From Octopus bimaculoides (Eukaryota), in assembly GCF_001194135.2 (NCBI RefSeq), contig NC_068998.1:53945398-54009397 (forward strand): DNA of 64,000 nt. Direction: 5' to 3'. The notes below the pieces were generated by a model. The model was not told the DNA's origin. It did not search any database and worked only from the letters and a program-made list of their open reading frames with translations. The translations under genes and the position numbers were made by a program. Each line of letters opens with the position of its first letter. Position 1 is the first letter of the stretch. Shown here piece after piece: positions 11,601 to 24,700 of this stretch.

Positions 11601-13899
11601 ACGTCTTCCCGTTGTTGATCCAAATCTCGGCCACCCAAGACTCGTAGGTTCCCTCTGTGTTGTGCTGTGACGCATGCAATCGACCGGGCACTAGTTTCGA
11701 TCCATTCTTTGATGTTGCCAGCCAACAAGCCTCCTTAACGGTCTCTTGCTCCTTTCCAATGCACACTTCCTACCAAGATGATTTCGGTCAATGACTTACA
11801 TACATACATACATACATACATACACACGTACGTACATACATAATACATACATACATACATACATACACACGTGCATACATACATTCATACATACATACAT
11901 ACATACTTACATACATACATAAATACATACATATATGCATATGTACGTATAGATATGTTTATATATTGTAATGTCTCGCACATATAAAAGATTCTGTGTT
12001 GAGAATCTTTTATAACTTGACATTATTCACGTAATTAGATAAATCTCCCTCTGTAGGTGACTGACATTTAAACACACGCAATATATAACTTACTGAATAC
12101 ATTAAAATGAATTTTTAAAAAAAAACATAACAATTAAAGTCTAGAAAAGACTATTCTCTTTTAGCTAAATGTTGAAGGCACTGGGTACGTTTCGATCTTA
12201 GTTGACTTCCTCAAATAAACATAGTTTTACTTACACTTAACAAAACGTAATATCATCTTTCTCTCTCACCATGTTGCATGTTTGCCGATGTCGCTGACTA
12301 TGGACTCTCATTCCCAATCCTGATATTTTATCATTTTTGTTGGACAGATACGACTGCAGTTTCTCTTCGCCTTTTGTCGGTAGAGGTACACTTTAATCTG
12401 CGGGGTTTTGCCCTAAGAAGTTTACAATTGAACCGTAGAGTATATTTAACCGCTAGGTAAAGATACTGGCTCGCATACCCATGAAATATGCACACGCTAG
12501 TGGGCTTGTGTCACTCAGCCGGAAGGCCAATCTTTCTGTGTCGAGGATGCCTAAAGCACAGGGCCTCACTACAGACTTCACTCGAAATAGATGCAATATT
12601 TTACAGAAGTAAAAGCACTTTCCTTCATTAGTTTACTTAAAATAAGAGTTCTATAGTTATATCGAATTCGATGTTGGTAAATTATGCACGCTAACTGCTT
12701 TATCAAATTTGCAGCAGATGATGTGAAACCCAGACCGTCTATAGGCTCTCTATAACCGATCATTAACGAAAACTATGGGATACAGAGAGCCTGATGAGGT
12801 GAAGCCTCAACACGCTTCAAAAAAGTCACCTTAAGTGCAGCCTTTTAAAATTCCCATCGATCTGTTGTCGGTGCTATCTTACCCACAAATGGGGGGTTTT
12901 ATTCTTTATATGTTTGTCTTTTTTAGTTTTTCAGTAAGAAGAATGAATATATTATTAATATACAATACTTATTCTCAAATACTGTTAAATATTATACAAT
13001 GCATCAATGTACGTCCCGTGTGAACACCTCGATATATTTGCTAATATTATACGTTCTTCGAGTCTGATTGATTAGTTTGTTGGTAACAGTTTGTGATAAA
13101 TTACTATATACCACCTCGTTGTATAGGACAACTTCATGCATAGTCAGAAAGTCGATTGATGGGTTACTAGGAATTATTCAATTGGTCCTTTCACACATTT
13201 GCACAACATAACAAAATTACACATACACACAAACACAAGTAGTTAAGAAATACATACATACAAACGTACGCACACACACACACACACATACACACACACA
13301 CACAGAAGCACAAGTATAAACACAAATAATACTAGAAATACAAACACATAATATAAAAAATACATAGTTTCTAACACATATAAAAGTAATACACACACAC
13401 ACAATATTAACAGATACACACGCGCGCGCAACTTTCGATGGATTGAAAACAAAACTACTCCGACGAGATTTCAAATTCTAAAATGTGATGGATTAAACTA
13501 AATTTTGTGTTATGCATTTGTTAGTTCAGCGCCCAGCCCACTCCATTTCTCGTTACCTCCCCCTCTTACCTCCCCCTCTAGTGTCTTCATTTTTCAGTCT
13601 CCTTACAAATACAATTAACACATTTCAATACAATAATTGGTGTCACCAAGCTTGAGAGACATCGGTGGGTTGCGCTTTTCCTAAGGAACGGACTCACTCA
13701 ATGCTCTCCGTCTTTAAGTTGGTGCTTCTTTAAAACGAGTGGCGTTTACGAAGAGTCGGAATCTTTTTCTAAGATAATTAGCAATGTCATTAAAGATAAT
13801 TAGTAATGTGTAGTGTCAAGTCGTATTTCTTGTATGCCAAGTGGTCGGCTTGCTTCTTCAAATTGACATAACAATCAACTCGGGTGAATGACACGATTA

Positions 13900-14123
13900 A
13901 TAATCGATGGCCTTCAGCCCCCAACTATCACCACCAACACTACCACCACGTCTTCCATCGACACCACCATTTCCACCGCCACCTCTGTTTCCAGTATCCC
14001 CACCACCACTACCACCAACACCACCATATTCCAAAGTAGGAAGAAGAAATACTTGTTGAGCCTTCTTAACGAAATTCTCTGCAAACACCATTATGCTAAA
14101 CATAACAATTACAATCATTACCG

Positions 14124-14157
<34 letters not shown>

Positions 14158-14711
14158 CATCATCGCCAGCATCACTATTTCCACTACAACCAAAGCAACT
14201 ACAACCACCACCCCCATCATCATCATCATCATCATCATCAAATTACCGAATTCTATCATCTCCTTCGGAGATGTCTTGATGGTCTCCTTCCGCCTCTTTT
14301 CTATTCCTCCCCCTCCTCCTCTTCCAACGCATCATAATCTTCATCATCAGCATCATCCATCTTTCATTATCCTGGGGATCGTAGACATCCTCTTCCTCAT
14401 AATCTTACGCCTCCTCCAAACCCTCACGTCCCCCCCCCCTACACACACACTTCCTAATCGTTATTGTCATGAAACCATCAGAGACAGAGAGACTGAGTGA
14501 TTATGCGATTATTGCTGCACGCCTCGCCAACACCTCTTCCTTCGCACAAAAACCCATCGCTCTATCCATAACCATCACCACCATCATCATCATCATCATT
14601 GTAGTCTGATCGTCCCTGTCATCATCATCATCATCGTATTCATATTCATATTCACCATCATCGTAAGAGCAGTCGCACTAGCGTCTTCTTTATCATACAC
14701 AATAGAATAAT

Positions 14712-14762
<51 letters not shown>

Positions 14763-14935
14763 CACCACCTTGGTCGCCGTCATCATTATCATCGTCAGCA
14801 CCGCCGCTGTCATGGCCGCTATCGTCGTCATCGGGATTGTTGACGTAATCCAAATTATCATTGTCGGCATTATTATCATCTTCCGTCGCCTTGCATCCTC
14901 CTCATCATAATCGGAATTATCATAACCCATCGGAG
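13900..14935. repeat. About 1 kb cluster of degenerate trinucleotide repeats: (ACC)n, (CAT)n, (CGT)n, (CAG)n
   Basis: Read directly. It gives poly-T/H/R/I/M/D/A translations in several frames and on both strands, with no consistent frame. Confidence 0.9.
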
Positions 14936-15259
14936 AGTAAAAGAGAAATATGTGTGCGTGTGTGTTTATGCATACATACGTATACATATACATATATAGG
15001 TACATATATACATATATATATATATATATATANNNNNNNNNNNNNNNNNNNNNNNNNNNNNNNNNNNNNNNNNNNNNNNNNNNNNNNNNNNNNNNNNNNN
15101 NNNNNNNNNNNNNNNNNNNNNNNNNNNNNNNNNNNNNNNNNNNNNNNNNNNNNNNNNNNNNNNNNNNNNNNNNNNNNNNNNNNNNNNNNNNNNNNNNNNN
15201 NNNNNNNNNNNNNNNNNNNNNNNNNNNNNNNNNNNNNNNNNNNNNNNNNNNNNNNNNNN

Positions 15260-15303
<44 letters not shown>

Positions 15304-16097
15304 CATAGAAATAAATATATATACGTGTGTGCGCATACATACACACACATATGAATATATATGAATATGAATATATAGATATATATATATAAAGAGAGAG
15401 AGGGGGGTGATAGACAGATAGATACAGATAAATACCATACATACACACACACACACGGACACACGGACACACACATACATACGTAGAAGCTAGAGTTGAG
15501 AGTCAGAGGCATAGAAGGAGAGTCTGCTAGGGATATCTATTTCGATATAGAGAGTGTGTTTGTGTGCGGTCATTATTCCAGGCCAAGTAAAGAAGAATTA
15601 GCAATTACCATTCCGTTTGGCTGTCACTAGAAGATAAATATGCTCTGCTATCGCATTTCTCTGATTCCTCTCATCTAAAAGCCATTTCGTTGTTGTCCTT
15701 TTCATCTCAGCAAATATTCCTTCTTTTTGAAATAGATAACTCCCTGGTGAAAGTGTTGCGTATTTTCAGAAATGGCCTTCCTTTGAAGAATATTCTTCAT
15801 TCAACTTCTGCCTCGTATCTCGAAGAGGCTATTCAAGGAAGTCCGTTGACAACTTCTCGCTACTCACTCACCATGACATCTTCGCATTCACATTTCACTC
15901 TTTCACTTCCCTTTTTCCCTAACTCTAGATTTCTGCCTATACACATATATGTGTGTGCGTGTGTGTGTGTATGCGGTAAGTTTGTGTGTATGTATGGTAT
16001 TATATATATAGGTATATATATATATATATATGTACATATGTATGTACGTATATATGCATATACATATATCATACATATGTAATACATGTACACACAT

Positions 16098-16129
<32 letters not shown>

Positions 16130-16489
16130 CATCAGCAGATTGACTTACATAGGTGTATATGTGTACATGCATATATTTTTATGAATGTGTATATATATGT
16201 GTGTGTTTGCATGTGTGCTTGTGTGTACATATATATATATATATTTATATATATATATGTGTGTGTGTGTGTATGTATATATAAATGTATATTTATATAT
16301 ATATATACGTGCATGTATGTATGTATATATATGTGTGTGTGTGTGTATACATATATGCATCAATTAGTTTATACACAAACGAATGTAATTGACGGTTTGA
16401 TAAACAATGAATGTTTCCACGAAAGTAACCGACTGCAATTAATCCAAAGATCCAATGTCTGCTATCACAATCATTATTAAATATTTTAG

Positions 16490-16555
16490 ATGAAGAATTC
16501 TGCTCCACCCCAGTATGTTTTTGGATTCGATACCATTATGTGGCATCGTGGGTTT
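16490..16555 (+). CDS. Candidate coding exon A (66 nt, phase 1-1): (D)EEFCSTPVCFWIRYHYVASWV
   Basis: Acceptor AAATATTTTAG|, donor TTT|GTAAGT, open frame, and phase-compatible with exon B across a 104-nt intron. No homology confirmed. Confidence 0.3.
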
Positions 16556-16659
16556 GTAAGTTCCGCCAAAATCTCACATTAGACTGCAACCTTTAATTAA
16601 TATCTGATTAAAAAATATACTTTTATGGAACATCATCGGAGACATTTTTAGTGTTTCAG

Positions 16660-16825
16660 TTGTCAATTTTGAGATCAATTCCCAATTGATAATTTCTGTT
16701 AAAGCGGATGCAAAACCTGGCAGTTTTTCTAGGATGGTCACAACAGATTTAATCAATATTTCTGGAAGTGATATGCAGCCTCTTGTTCGTCTCGGAGAGG
16801 TGGTAATACAAAATCAATCCCAGCG
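16660..16825 (+). CDS. Candidate coding exon B: VNFEINSQLIISVKADAKPGSFSRMVTTDLINISGSDMQPLVRLGEVVIQNQSQ (beta-rich, weakly cadherin-like)
   Basis: Acceptor TTTTAGTGTTTCAG|, donor GCG|GTATGT, and 54 open codons. ISVKADAKPGS resembles the cadherin VSVxE[ND]AxPGT strand. The overlapping minus frame (16574-16756) is also open and has usable splice sites, so the strand is ambiguous. Confidence 0.35.
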
Positions 16826-17029
16826 GTATGTTAATCTAAAACATAAAGTGACGTAACTAAGAACTGTACAACCCATTTTGTTCGACACGCTAATATTTCT
16901 GTCTTTCAAGATTGTCATTTTATAATTTTTGGTTATTCATTTATTTTTAAAGAATTCATTCGAAATTCAATCCATTGTTCATAACGAACAGGAAATAGGT
17001 GCGGTTGTGGTTGTCTACTATGACCCCTC

Positions 17030-17135
17030 GCTATCGGGGTCGATGAAAATAAGTACGAGTTGCGTACTGGGGTCATTGTAATTGACTATGCCCCTCCCTC
17101 AAAATTCTGGCCTTGTGTCTATGGTAGAAAAGAAT
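17030..17135 (+). mobile_element. SINE family A, 3' part
   Basis: CGGGGTCGATGAAAATAAGTACGAGTTGCGTACTGGGGTC...AAAATTCTGGCCTTGTGTC. Confidence 0.8.
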
Positions 17136-17195
17136 ATTATTACTATTATTATTTTATTATTAGTATTATTAACAGAGGTATTATCGTTGTTGCAA

Positions 17196-17260
<65 letters not shown>
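17196..17260. repeat. (AGT)n trinucleotide microsatellite
   Basis: Read directly. Related (AAT)n tracts occur at 33412-33472, 41238-41326 and 57650-57750. Confidence 0.97.
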
Positions 17261-17515
17261 ACGTAATAGCAGATTGGAGATATAGTACTGGACGCACCAC
17301 TGACTTACGAAATATGCTCCACTTCAACAGGAAAGCGCTAGAGCAAAGTCAAACGCGGAAAAGCCCCCCCCCCCACAAACACCCACACACAAACGCACAC
17401 CCTCACTCACCCTTTCCTACAGTTACATGTACACATCCCTTATCTTCCGTCTCCGTAACGAAACTTTCACTATTTATGTTATATTATAAAACGAAAATGA
17501 CTATAATCAAAGCAG

Positions 17516-17622
17516 GAATTTGGAATTAATATTTGGCTGGCCAACCCGGTCAAATTGCGCAATGTGTCATTGGAGGGCATTACAGATGACGCATTCAATA
17601 AAATTATTCTAGCGAATAAGAC
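17516..17622 (+). CDS. Candidate coding exon C: EFGINIWLANPVKLRNVSLEGITDDAFNKIILANK (abuts a gap)
   Basis: CAG| acceptor with a weak pyrimidine tract, open protein-like frame, and either donor AC|GTATTT or continuation into the N gap. The antisense frame is also open. Confidence 0.25.
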
Positions 17623-18094
17623 GTATTTNNNNNNNNNNNNNNNNNNNNNNNNNNNNNNNNNNNNNNNNNNNNNNNNNNNNNNNNNNNNNNNNNNNNNNNN
17701 NNNNNNNNNNNNNNNNNNNNNNNNNNNNNNNNNNNNNNNNNNNNNNNNNNNNNNNNNNNNNNNNNNNNNNNNNNNNNNNNNNNNNNNNNNNNNNNNNNNN
17801 NNNNNNNNNNNNNNNNNNNNNNNNNNNNNNNNNNNNNNNNNNNNNNNNNNNNNNNNNNNNNNNNNNNNNNNNNNNNNNNNNNNNNNNNNNNNNNNNNNNN
17901 NNNNNNNNNNNNNNNNNNNNNNNNNNNNNNNNNNNNNNNNNNNNNNNNNNNNNNNNNNNNNNNNNNNNNNNNNNNNNNNNNNNNNNNNNNNNNNNNNNNN
18001 NNNNNNNNNNNNNNNNNNNNNNNNNNNNNNNNNNNNNNNNNNNNNNNNNNNNNNNNNNNNNNNNNNNNNNNNNNNNNNNNNNNNNNNNNNNNNN

Positions 18095-18134
<40 letters not shown>

Positions 18135-18724
18135 TGTATATATACATATATACATATATATACATATACATACATATATATGTATATATGTGTATATATA
18201 TATAAAATATATGAATACATCTATATAGATTTATATATGCATATATACATGTGTGTGGTTTTGTGTATGTGTGTGTCTCTGTGAATGTGTGTATGTATGC
18301 ATTGTTATATATTAATGGCTATGAACTTGTCCTAAACAAATTGAGGAGAAATCATTTCAAGCAAATTAACAAAGTCTATGAATTATAGACATATAATTGT
18401 CTCCTTTTTCTATGAACACACACACACATACATACACACATACACACATACACATACATACACGTACATATACTGACAAACATACACACATACGCACAAA
18501 TACACACGTACACACATACAAGCACCACATCGACAGTTATATACTTAAACGATAATAATATTAATGATTTCGCTTCTACGATGATTTATGAATAAAAATG
18601 AAAATTATAATAATATCTATGACAATATTTGTTATTGTTATTATAATTATTATTGTTATCAACATCATCATCTTCATGATAATAATAGTAATAATTCATT
18701 ATTATTATCATCATCATCATCATC

Positions 18725-18965
18725 AAGATAGGATATGCCATTTCAATTAGCAGGAATGTTATCTTGATGCTTGGTGAAAACAAGTCTCCTGAAATCTCAA
18801 GAATTTTTCTTAGGATTCTTGCAAAATACAGGACGGTGCTTCCCGAAGGTCGACAATGCGAGTTTTAGTTCGAATATCCTTCTGGTCTTCCGATAGCATT
18901 TCAGGCGTCGCACCAAGTGCACCAATTGCAACAGGAATAACCGTTCTGTTAAGCTTCGATAGAAT
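18725..18965 (-). mobile_element. 3' end of an R4/Dong-clade REL non-LTR retrotransposon, decayed
   Basis: The minus strand encodes TVIPVAIGALGAT (18906-18944) and, after a frameshift, ARILRKILEI (18793-18822). These match the conserved R4/Dong C-terminus VVPVVIGALG...ARILRKVL, and a (GAT)/(AAT) repeat tail follows. Confidence 0.8.
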
Positions 18966-18984
18966 AACTACCAGAATCTAAAAA

Positions 18985-19090
18985 AACAATAGGCCCTGTA
19001 TTCGAATTGTTTCCCTAATCCCCTCAAAGCAGTGCATGGCCACAGCATGACCAGAGCTTGAACAAAGTCCAATGATTGAAACTAGTCGAA
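18985..19090 (+). mobile_element. SINE family B, 3' tail fragment
   Basis: CCCTCAAAGCAGTGC...AATGATTGAAACTAGT matches the reverse complement of 5225-5285. Confidence 0.55.
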
Positions 19091-19549
19091 GATCAATAGT
19101 ATATTTACTTTCCGCTATTTTCGTGTTTCAAAGCGTAAGTTAGATTCAGTCCATTAAAGTCGAAGCTGGCTTTCTTTTATGTTACCATAGCGACTGAGTA
19201 AATTAAATTGTTTAATACATGGTTGTTTGGCTAGCTTTTGTGAAAAGAATCTCTTGGTATATCCGGTCGTACCAGGCCGTGATTCTCCGGAGATGTTTGT
19301 GTATTATTAACATGAGGAGGTGTTTCCGTTAATCCGGTTTCATTGATTTTGTTAAGGTCATGTCTATTTTCGTTCATATTTCACTTAGATTTCCCTCAAT
19401 GTTTAACTCTGTCAACTCTGTATATTCTCTTATAATCTACATTTTCATTGCATTCTTTATATAAAGGCCGAAGTCATACTGGATTTAGATGTGGATGCAG
19501 TTTGTCATGGTTGTGTTTTGCATGGTCATTATACGAATTCTGGCGGGGA

Positions 19550-19800
19550 GCAGAGTGAGACTTACGGATCATGTTTTGCAACAACCAGAAGGATGAATCC
19601 TCAATACAGTTATAAAATGAGAACCACCAGAGTGACAAAGAAAGGGAGACCCGAGATGATACGGGGCGCCAATTTCAAAAACATTAATTTCGCGGCACCT
19701 GAAGAAATGCAGGCGACTATGCACAGAACCAAAATGATTCGAGGGGAATTCTTGCCACCCAATATACAAGTCAAAATTCTACGGGAGGAGCTCAGTCGGA
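19550..19800 (+). mobile_element. 3' end of an RTE-type LINE, decayed
   Basis: The frame RVRLTDHVLQQPEG*ILNTVIK*EPPE*QRKGDPR matches the RTE C-terminal RLRLAGHVLR...WxPxxGxRxRGRP pattern, with Trp and Gly codons decayed to stops. Confidence 0.65.
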
Positions 19801-19889
19801 AACTAAGACACTATGTTGTTGTTGTTGCTGCTGTTGTTGTTGATGTTGCTGTTGTTGTTAAGTGTTTTCATTACACACACACACACACA

Positions 19890-19935
<46 letters not shown>

Positions 19936-20199
19936 AACACATGCACACCCATTTATAAGCAAGTTCTACGCACACGAGTAGAGAGCCTTATGCCGCTTGC
20001 CAGTCTCTTTTCCTTTTTGTGCACCACATTATCCTCCGTAAATTCTCCACGCAGACACTCACGCAATACCAACCAATTTTCTTCTTCTTTAACTACCATG
20101 ACAACTTCTGGGTAACAAGGGCACAACAAAATTCTCTCTTCCTCAACATACAACCTCATCACGAAATAAGTTCTCCCCCATAACGACAATATTTATTAG

Positions 20200-20425
20200 G
20201 GCGGCGAGCTGGCAGAATCGTTAGCACGCCGGCCGAAATGCTTAGGGGTATTTCGTCTGCCTTTACGTTCTGAGTTCAAATTCCACCGAGGTCGACTTTC
20301 ATCCTTTCGGGGCCGATTAAATAAGTACCAGTTACGCACTGTGGTCGATGTAATCGACTTAATCCCTTTGTGTGTCCTTGTTTGTCTCATCTATGTTTAA
20401 CCCCATGTGGGCAATAAAGAAATAA
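20200..20425 (+). mobile_element. Near full-length tRNA-derived SINE, family A (best copy)
   Basis: A-box-like TGGCAGAATCG, B-box GAGTTCAAATTCC, central GGTCGACTTTCATCCTTTCGGGGCCGATTAAATAAGTACCAG (Meta/MESC-like from memory) and an A-rich end AATAAAGAAATAA. More than 15 related copies occur in the window. Confidence 0.92.
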
Positions 20426-20749
20426 ATATTTAGTTTCAATAATACTCATTTCTTTAATAATACCTCACATACTTCATGGCTTTTTGGAATGCGGTCGGTT
20501 TTCTCTTTCTGTTTCCCGTCTTTTTGTATCCAGGGCTCTGAACTGCGTTCGTCTTGTCATGATGCTCTGCTTCCATTACTTTCTTCAGTTTGTTGTCTTT
20601 TCTGGTATATTTTTACTGTGTATTCTCTATGAATTGCTGTTTCTCTATCCGGCATTTTTATAGCTAGTTATATATACATATACTTATAGGCAGCCATATA
20701 CTTAAATATATCTTTTCTCCTTTTCTCTCCAGGCCACCTACGTCAATTT

Positions 20750-21760
20750 TCAAAAACGAATGCATTAGGTGCCCAATGGTATCCGTGTAACAGTAGACGG
20801 GTAACACTTGTTATTCTTCTTTGATCCAGTTGCATCATTAGCTTCGCTTTATTTTCATAAACGCTCGTAGTGAGAAGTCGACGCTTCTTGAGGGTTAACT
20901 CCCTTGCTAGGACAACACTTTTGACCCTTGTATTAGATGTTATTCGTCGCACGGTTGTATTAAAATCATACTATAGTATTCACCTGAAATAATTTTCCAT
21001 CATATTGCCCCGTGCATATAGCTGTCGACGCGACCGTCTCTACAAACATATCTGGACTCGACAGCCACTGGTTTTCCGGAAATACTTTAGTCAAATTGTT
21101 TCACTGCACTCTTTACAATGGCTGCACGTGATGTTAACCTCTATTTTATGTCTTATTTTTCGTTTGTAATTATTTGTAGCCAAGAGTTTTTTTTACGTCA
21201 TTGCTAGTTTTCGCTCTACCTTACTTCCTTCCTGTAGATTCTTCCGGGATATTAGAGATGGAATGTTTTCCCCAGTCCTTGTTTTCTTTCTTATATTTAG
21301 AATTCAATTCTCATTAATCTTTTCTTTTGTTTTAACTAATTTTTCTTTCTCCAAATCTGTTATGAAGTATATTAATTTCCCGTTTCTACTTTATATATAA
21401 AGAAAAATTTGTCTTTCTTCGTTTCCTTCTTGCATTAATCTGTTTTCCTTTGCTTTCTTGTAATTCTCTTCCAATACATACCGTTGTTATTTTGTAGCCG
21501 TTTTCTCTTTGCATCTGAACCCGGTTCTCCTGTATACGGAATAAGTTAATAGTGTCTTTGATGTTATTTTCTTTCCTGTGGTGGCTAATGTATTTATACT
21601 TGTTATTTTATTTCTAAAATCTACTTCCGGTTGAGTTTTCAATAATATTCTGACTCTTCTGTAATCTACTTTTCTAATGTTTCCTTCAGTTCTGCGTGTT
21701 GTCTTATTTGTCTCATCTCCATCTAAACTGCATGGGCTCTTTGGTCGGTTTCTAATTTCA
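20750..21760 (-). mobile_element. Possible decayed LINE ORF1 (gag-like) region
   Basis: Strongly purine/A-biased minus strand with fragmentary frames (ISNIPEE..., VERKLAM...) and a possible decayed CCHC knuckle near 20760-20815. Many stops and frameshifts. Confidence 0.3.
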
Positions 21761-21824
21761 GTCTACCTACTTCGGTATATTGTCATATTTCCTATTTTAA
21801 TTAATTTCCTCTGCTTATAAAGGC

Positions 21825-21888
<64 letters not shown>

Positions 21889-22899
21889 TGTGTGTGCTTG
21901 CGCGCATGTCGGTGTGTGTTGGTACTTACAGTGTTTTGATTTCGCTAAGTGTAATATAATTTTCCCAATTTCAATTAGTTTGACCCCCTTTATGACACCT
22001 ATGGCTAATCCCATAATAATTTTAATGTTTTGGCTCGATTTATGAACAATTTTTAGAAATATCTTGAAATGGATATTGTCCATTGTGAATATTTTAAATT
22101 CATTCTATTCATAGGAAAGATATTCTATAATTTGTAACTTCTACCGCCATATGCGTTTTCCTTCAGTAGACTTAACATTGAAATATGAATCTAAATGTCA
22201 GTAAATGTCTCTAACTTTATTCCCATCATCTTCTTCTTTTCCTTCCATTTGTCTCGTAGATCTTGAAATGTGTTGGAACGCTGCCCTTCTTCCTCTGAAG
22301 AAGCCAACATTAAAAGACAAGAAGCCATGTTCTAACGATGTGTTTAAATTTATCTCTTTCTCACGGATCTTATGGGTGAATTATAATACCTTGTCAATCA
22401 GCATTCTATTCATAATTCTTCTTTTACTATTATATATTCATCATGACAGTTTGACAGATATTATCTCGTTGCGTTTCCGTACTTAGCATCTATAGTGTTA
22501 TGTCATCAAGATACTTAATATCGATAATTCAAACTTATAACAGCCCGTTCGTATTTACATAGTAATACATTTACACCCGACGCTTAAATCACTTTGTCGT
22601 TAAGAACACAGCCAAGTACATCGATGAAAATGAGATATCTAAAATATTCTAAATTGCTGTTCTCACAAATGAGATTTACGGCTACCTATTTACGAGAATT
22701 TAGACGCAATGTTTCTCTCTTCCTTTTATCGCGAGATATATCTTTAAATGGTTGCTGAGCCGGCTAGAATAAGCAGCTAAATATTTTTTAGACCACATTC
22801 CAACCACCTAGTATTACACATTAGAGATTTTGGACCGAGATACATGTAAATAAATTGATCGGTGACGGATGGAATGACTCTGTTATTTGCAAACCAGAT

Positions 22900-23290
22900 T
22901 AAAACAATGAAACCTCAGTCATGACTTCGGAATCCCCGCCCCACATCTCTCATCTACACATACACACACGTCCAGGTTACAAGCCCTCTTCTACACGCAC
23001 ATACATATTCTCTTATACACACGCACACGCACCTTCGTTTTGGGATCACCACAACTTTATTATCTCCCCTTCTTCCTAGCTCTCCTGTGTGACCCTTCTG
23101 TCCGGCTTTCGCCATGATAGATCGCTAGCCACTACACATTCTTTATTTTCTGTCCTTGCTTCTTTCTGTGTTCCTTTCTGTAGAAGAGCGTCGGCTCGAA
23201 ACGCTAAAGACTTTTTCACTTCTTAAGCGTTATAGTAATACATCTGTTTGTTGTCTACATCACCTGTCTTCGTCTTTTGTTTTTTTATGA
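22900..23290 (+). mobile_element. Penelope-like element terminal repeat containing a degenerate hammerhead-type motif
   Basis: CTGTAGA-A-GAGC-GTCG-GCTC-GAAACGCTA at 23178-23206 follows the CUGANGA/stem II/GAAA layout known from Penelope LTRs. Related motifs occur at 11565, 22290 and 42890 (minus strand). Confidence 0.55.
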
Positions 23291-24536
23291 ATTCTCCCTA
23301 TATATGTATATATGTATGTATATATATATATATACATGAGAGAGAGAGAGAGATGCTCACACATGTATGTATACATGCACACTTTTTGTATAGTCACGAA
23401 AACATACATACACACACATTGAAATATGTGAAGCAAGACACAAACACACACAATCGCACACATTCACACATACATGCCTAGAAATATCTTTATAGTGACG
23501 ACATTACACATTTGTTTCTATTCTGCCATGTTTACACGTATATTCCAGAAAAATAAAGAGATAACAGAATTGCAAACAACAAAACTGAGTTATATTTACT
23601 AAATATAAAAAAATCATAGACGCAGCTTGTTAAATAGAAATATTTCATATATCTAATAAATCGCTATTTCTGTAGATGTTTTGGTATTTTTGTATTTCTG
23701 CTGTTTTTTCCAATATTTGTTAATTTATTTTATGAAAAAAAACAAAATATATCATTCAAATGTGTAAAAAGAATTCTCTTTGTGATTATTTTTTTAATTT
23801 ATTCTAAAAAATGTTTTTGAAACACTTTATACATTACACAAAATTTGCTAATTTATTTATTAAAAGAAGCAAACAAGCATGTTTGACATTCTCTTTAACT
23901 ACGAAAAATATTTCCATGTAACTTATTTTGTAACACTTTAAAATTTAACAACCCAACATGCGTTTTTTAACAGCAAGTGAAAGCGTTAAAAGTTATAAAT
24001 GAAAATAAAAATATGGAATTAAGCGAAAACGTCGCATTGTACCATAAATAATAGCGAATAGATTAAACAAATAATATTTTGAGTCACTTCTTAACTGACA
24101 ATGCATTACTTGTACGCTATGGCAATTTTTATAATGCCATTACGCTTTTCTGAAAAATTCATGTTTTATTCAGTGTCATAACATTGAAACAAAAACAATA
24201 TATATTGAACCAGTCGTTTATTTAAGTTTCTTTTTTTTTTTTGCCATATTTCAATTTTCCTGCGACATTGTTTCTGCGAAAATCTGAAAAAGTAACTACA
24301 ACCTTTCACTTGTTTCCAATTCAAATTAAAATCTTACACATATGTTAGTGTAAGTAGCAAAATATAATTTTTCACAACTTAAATGAGTTTTATAAAAATA
24401 TTCCTGTGTAGTCTTAAACGATTTTTCTCTCAGTTGGAATTTAAGCATTGTTAATTTAAGAATTAAAATCATGAATATGTAGTTTAAAGCGTGTAAGGTA
24501 GTCTACTTGTGCTTTACCTATATAAAAATATTCGAA

Positions 24537-24700
24537 GGCGGCGAGCTGCCAGAAACGTTAGCACGCCGGGTGGAATGCTTAGCGGTATTTCGTCAGTCTT
24601 TACGTTCTGAGTTCAAATTTCGTCGAGGTCGACTTTACCTTTTATCCTTTCGGGGTCGATCTAATCGACTGGCCCCCTCCACAAAAATTTCGGGCCTTGT
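24537..24700 (+). mobile_element. SINE family A with internal deletion
   Basis: GGCGGCGAGCTGCCAGAAACGTTAGCACGCCGGG...GAGTTCAAATTTCGTCGAGGTCGACTTTACCTTTTATCCTTTCGGGGTCGAT. Confidence 0.92.

Noticed and set aside
16574-16756. Minus-strand ORF resembling a nuclear-receptor helix (EKLPGF) or a mariner N-terminus
   Set aside because: Follow-on motifs are absent or need many frameshifts; kept only as the alternative reading of candidate exon B.
19466-19958. 155-aa ORF preceded by a plausible acceptor
   Set aside because: An alternative frame carries a recognisable decayed RTE C-terminus, and the ORF runs into (GTT)n and (CA)n repeats.
20200-20290. tRNA-like A and B boxes in many places
   Set aside because: These are SINE heads without an acceptor stem or full cloverleaf; no tRNA genes were called.
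22260-22376. Strong acceptor with open frame DLEMCWNAALLPLKKP...
   Set aside because: It overlaps a Penelope-type CTGAAGAAG...AACATTAAAAGAC remnant and has only weak donors; exonisation cannot be excluded.
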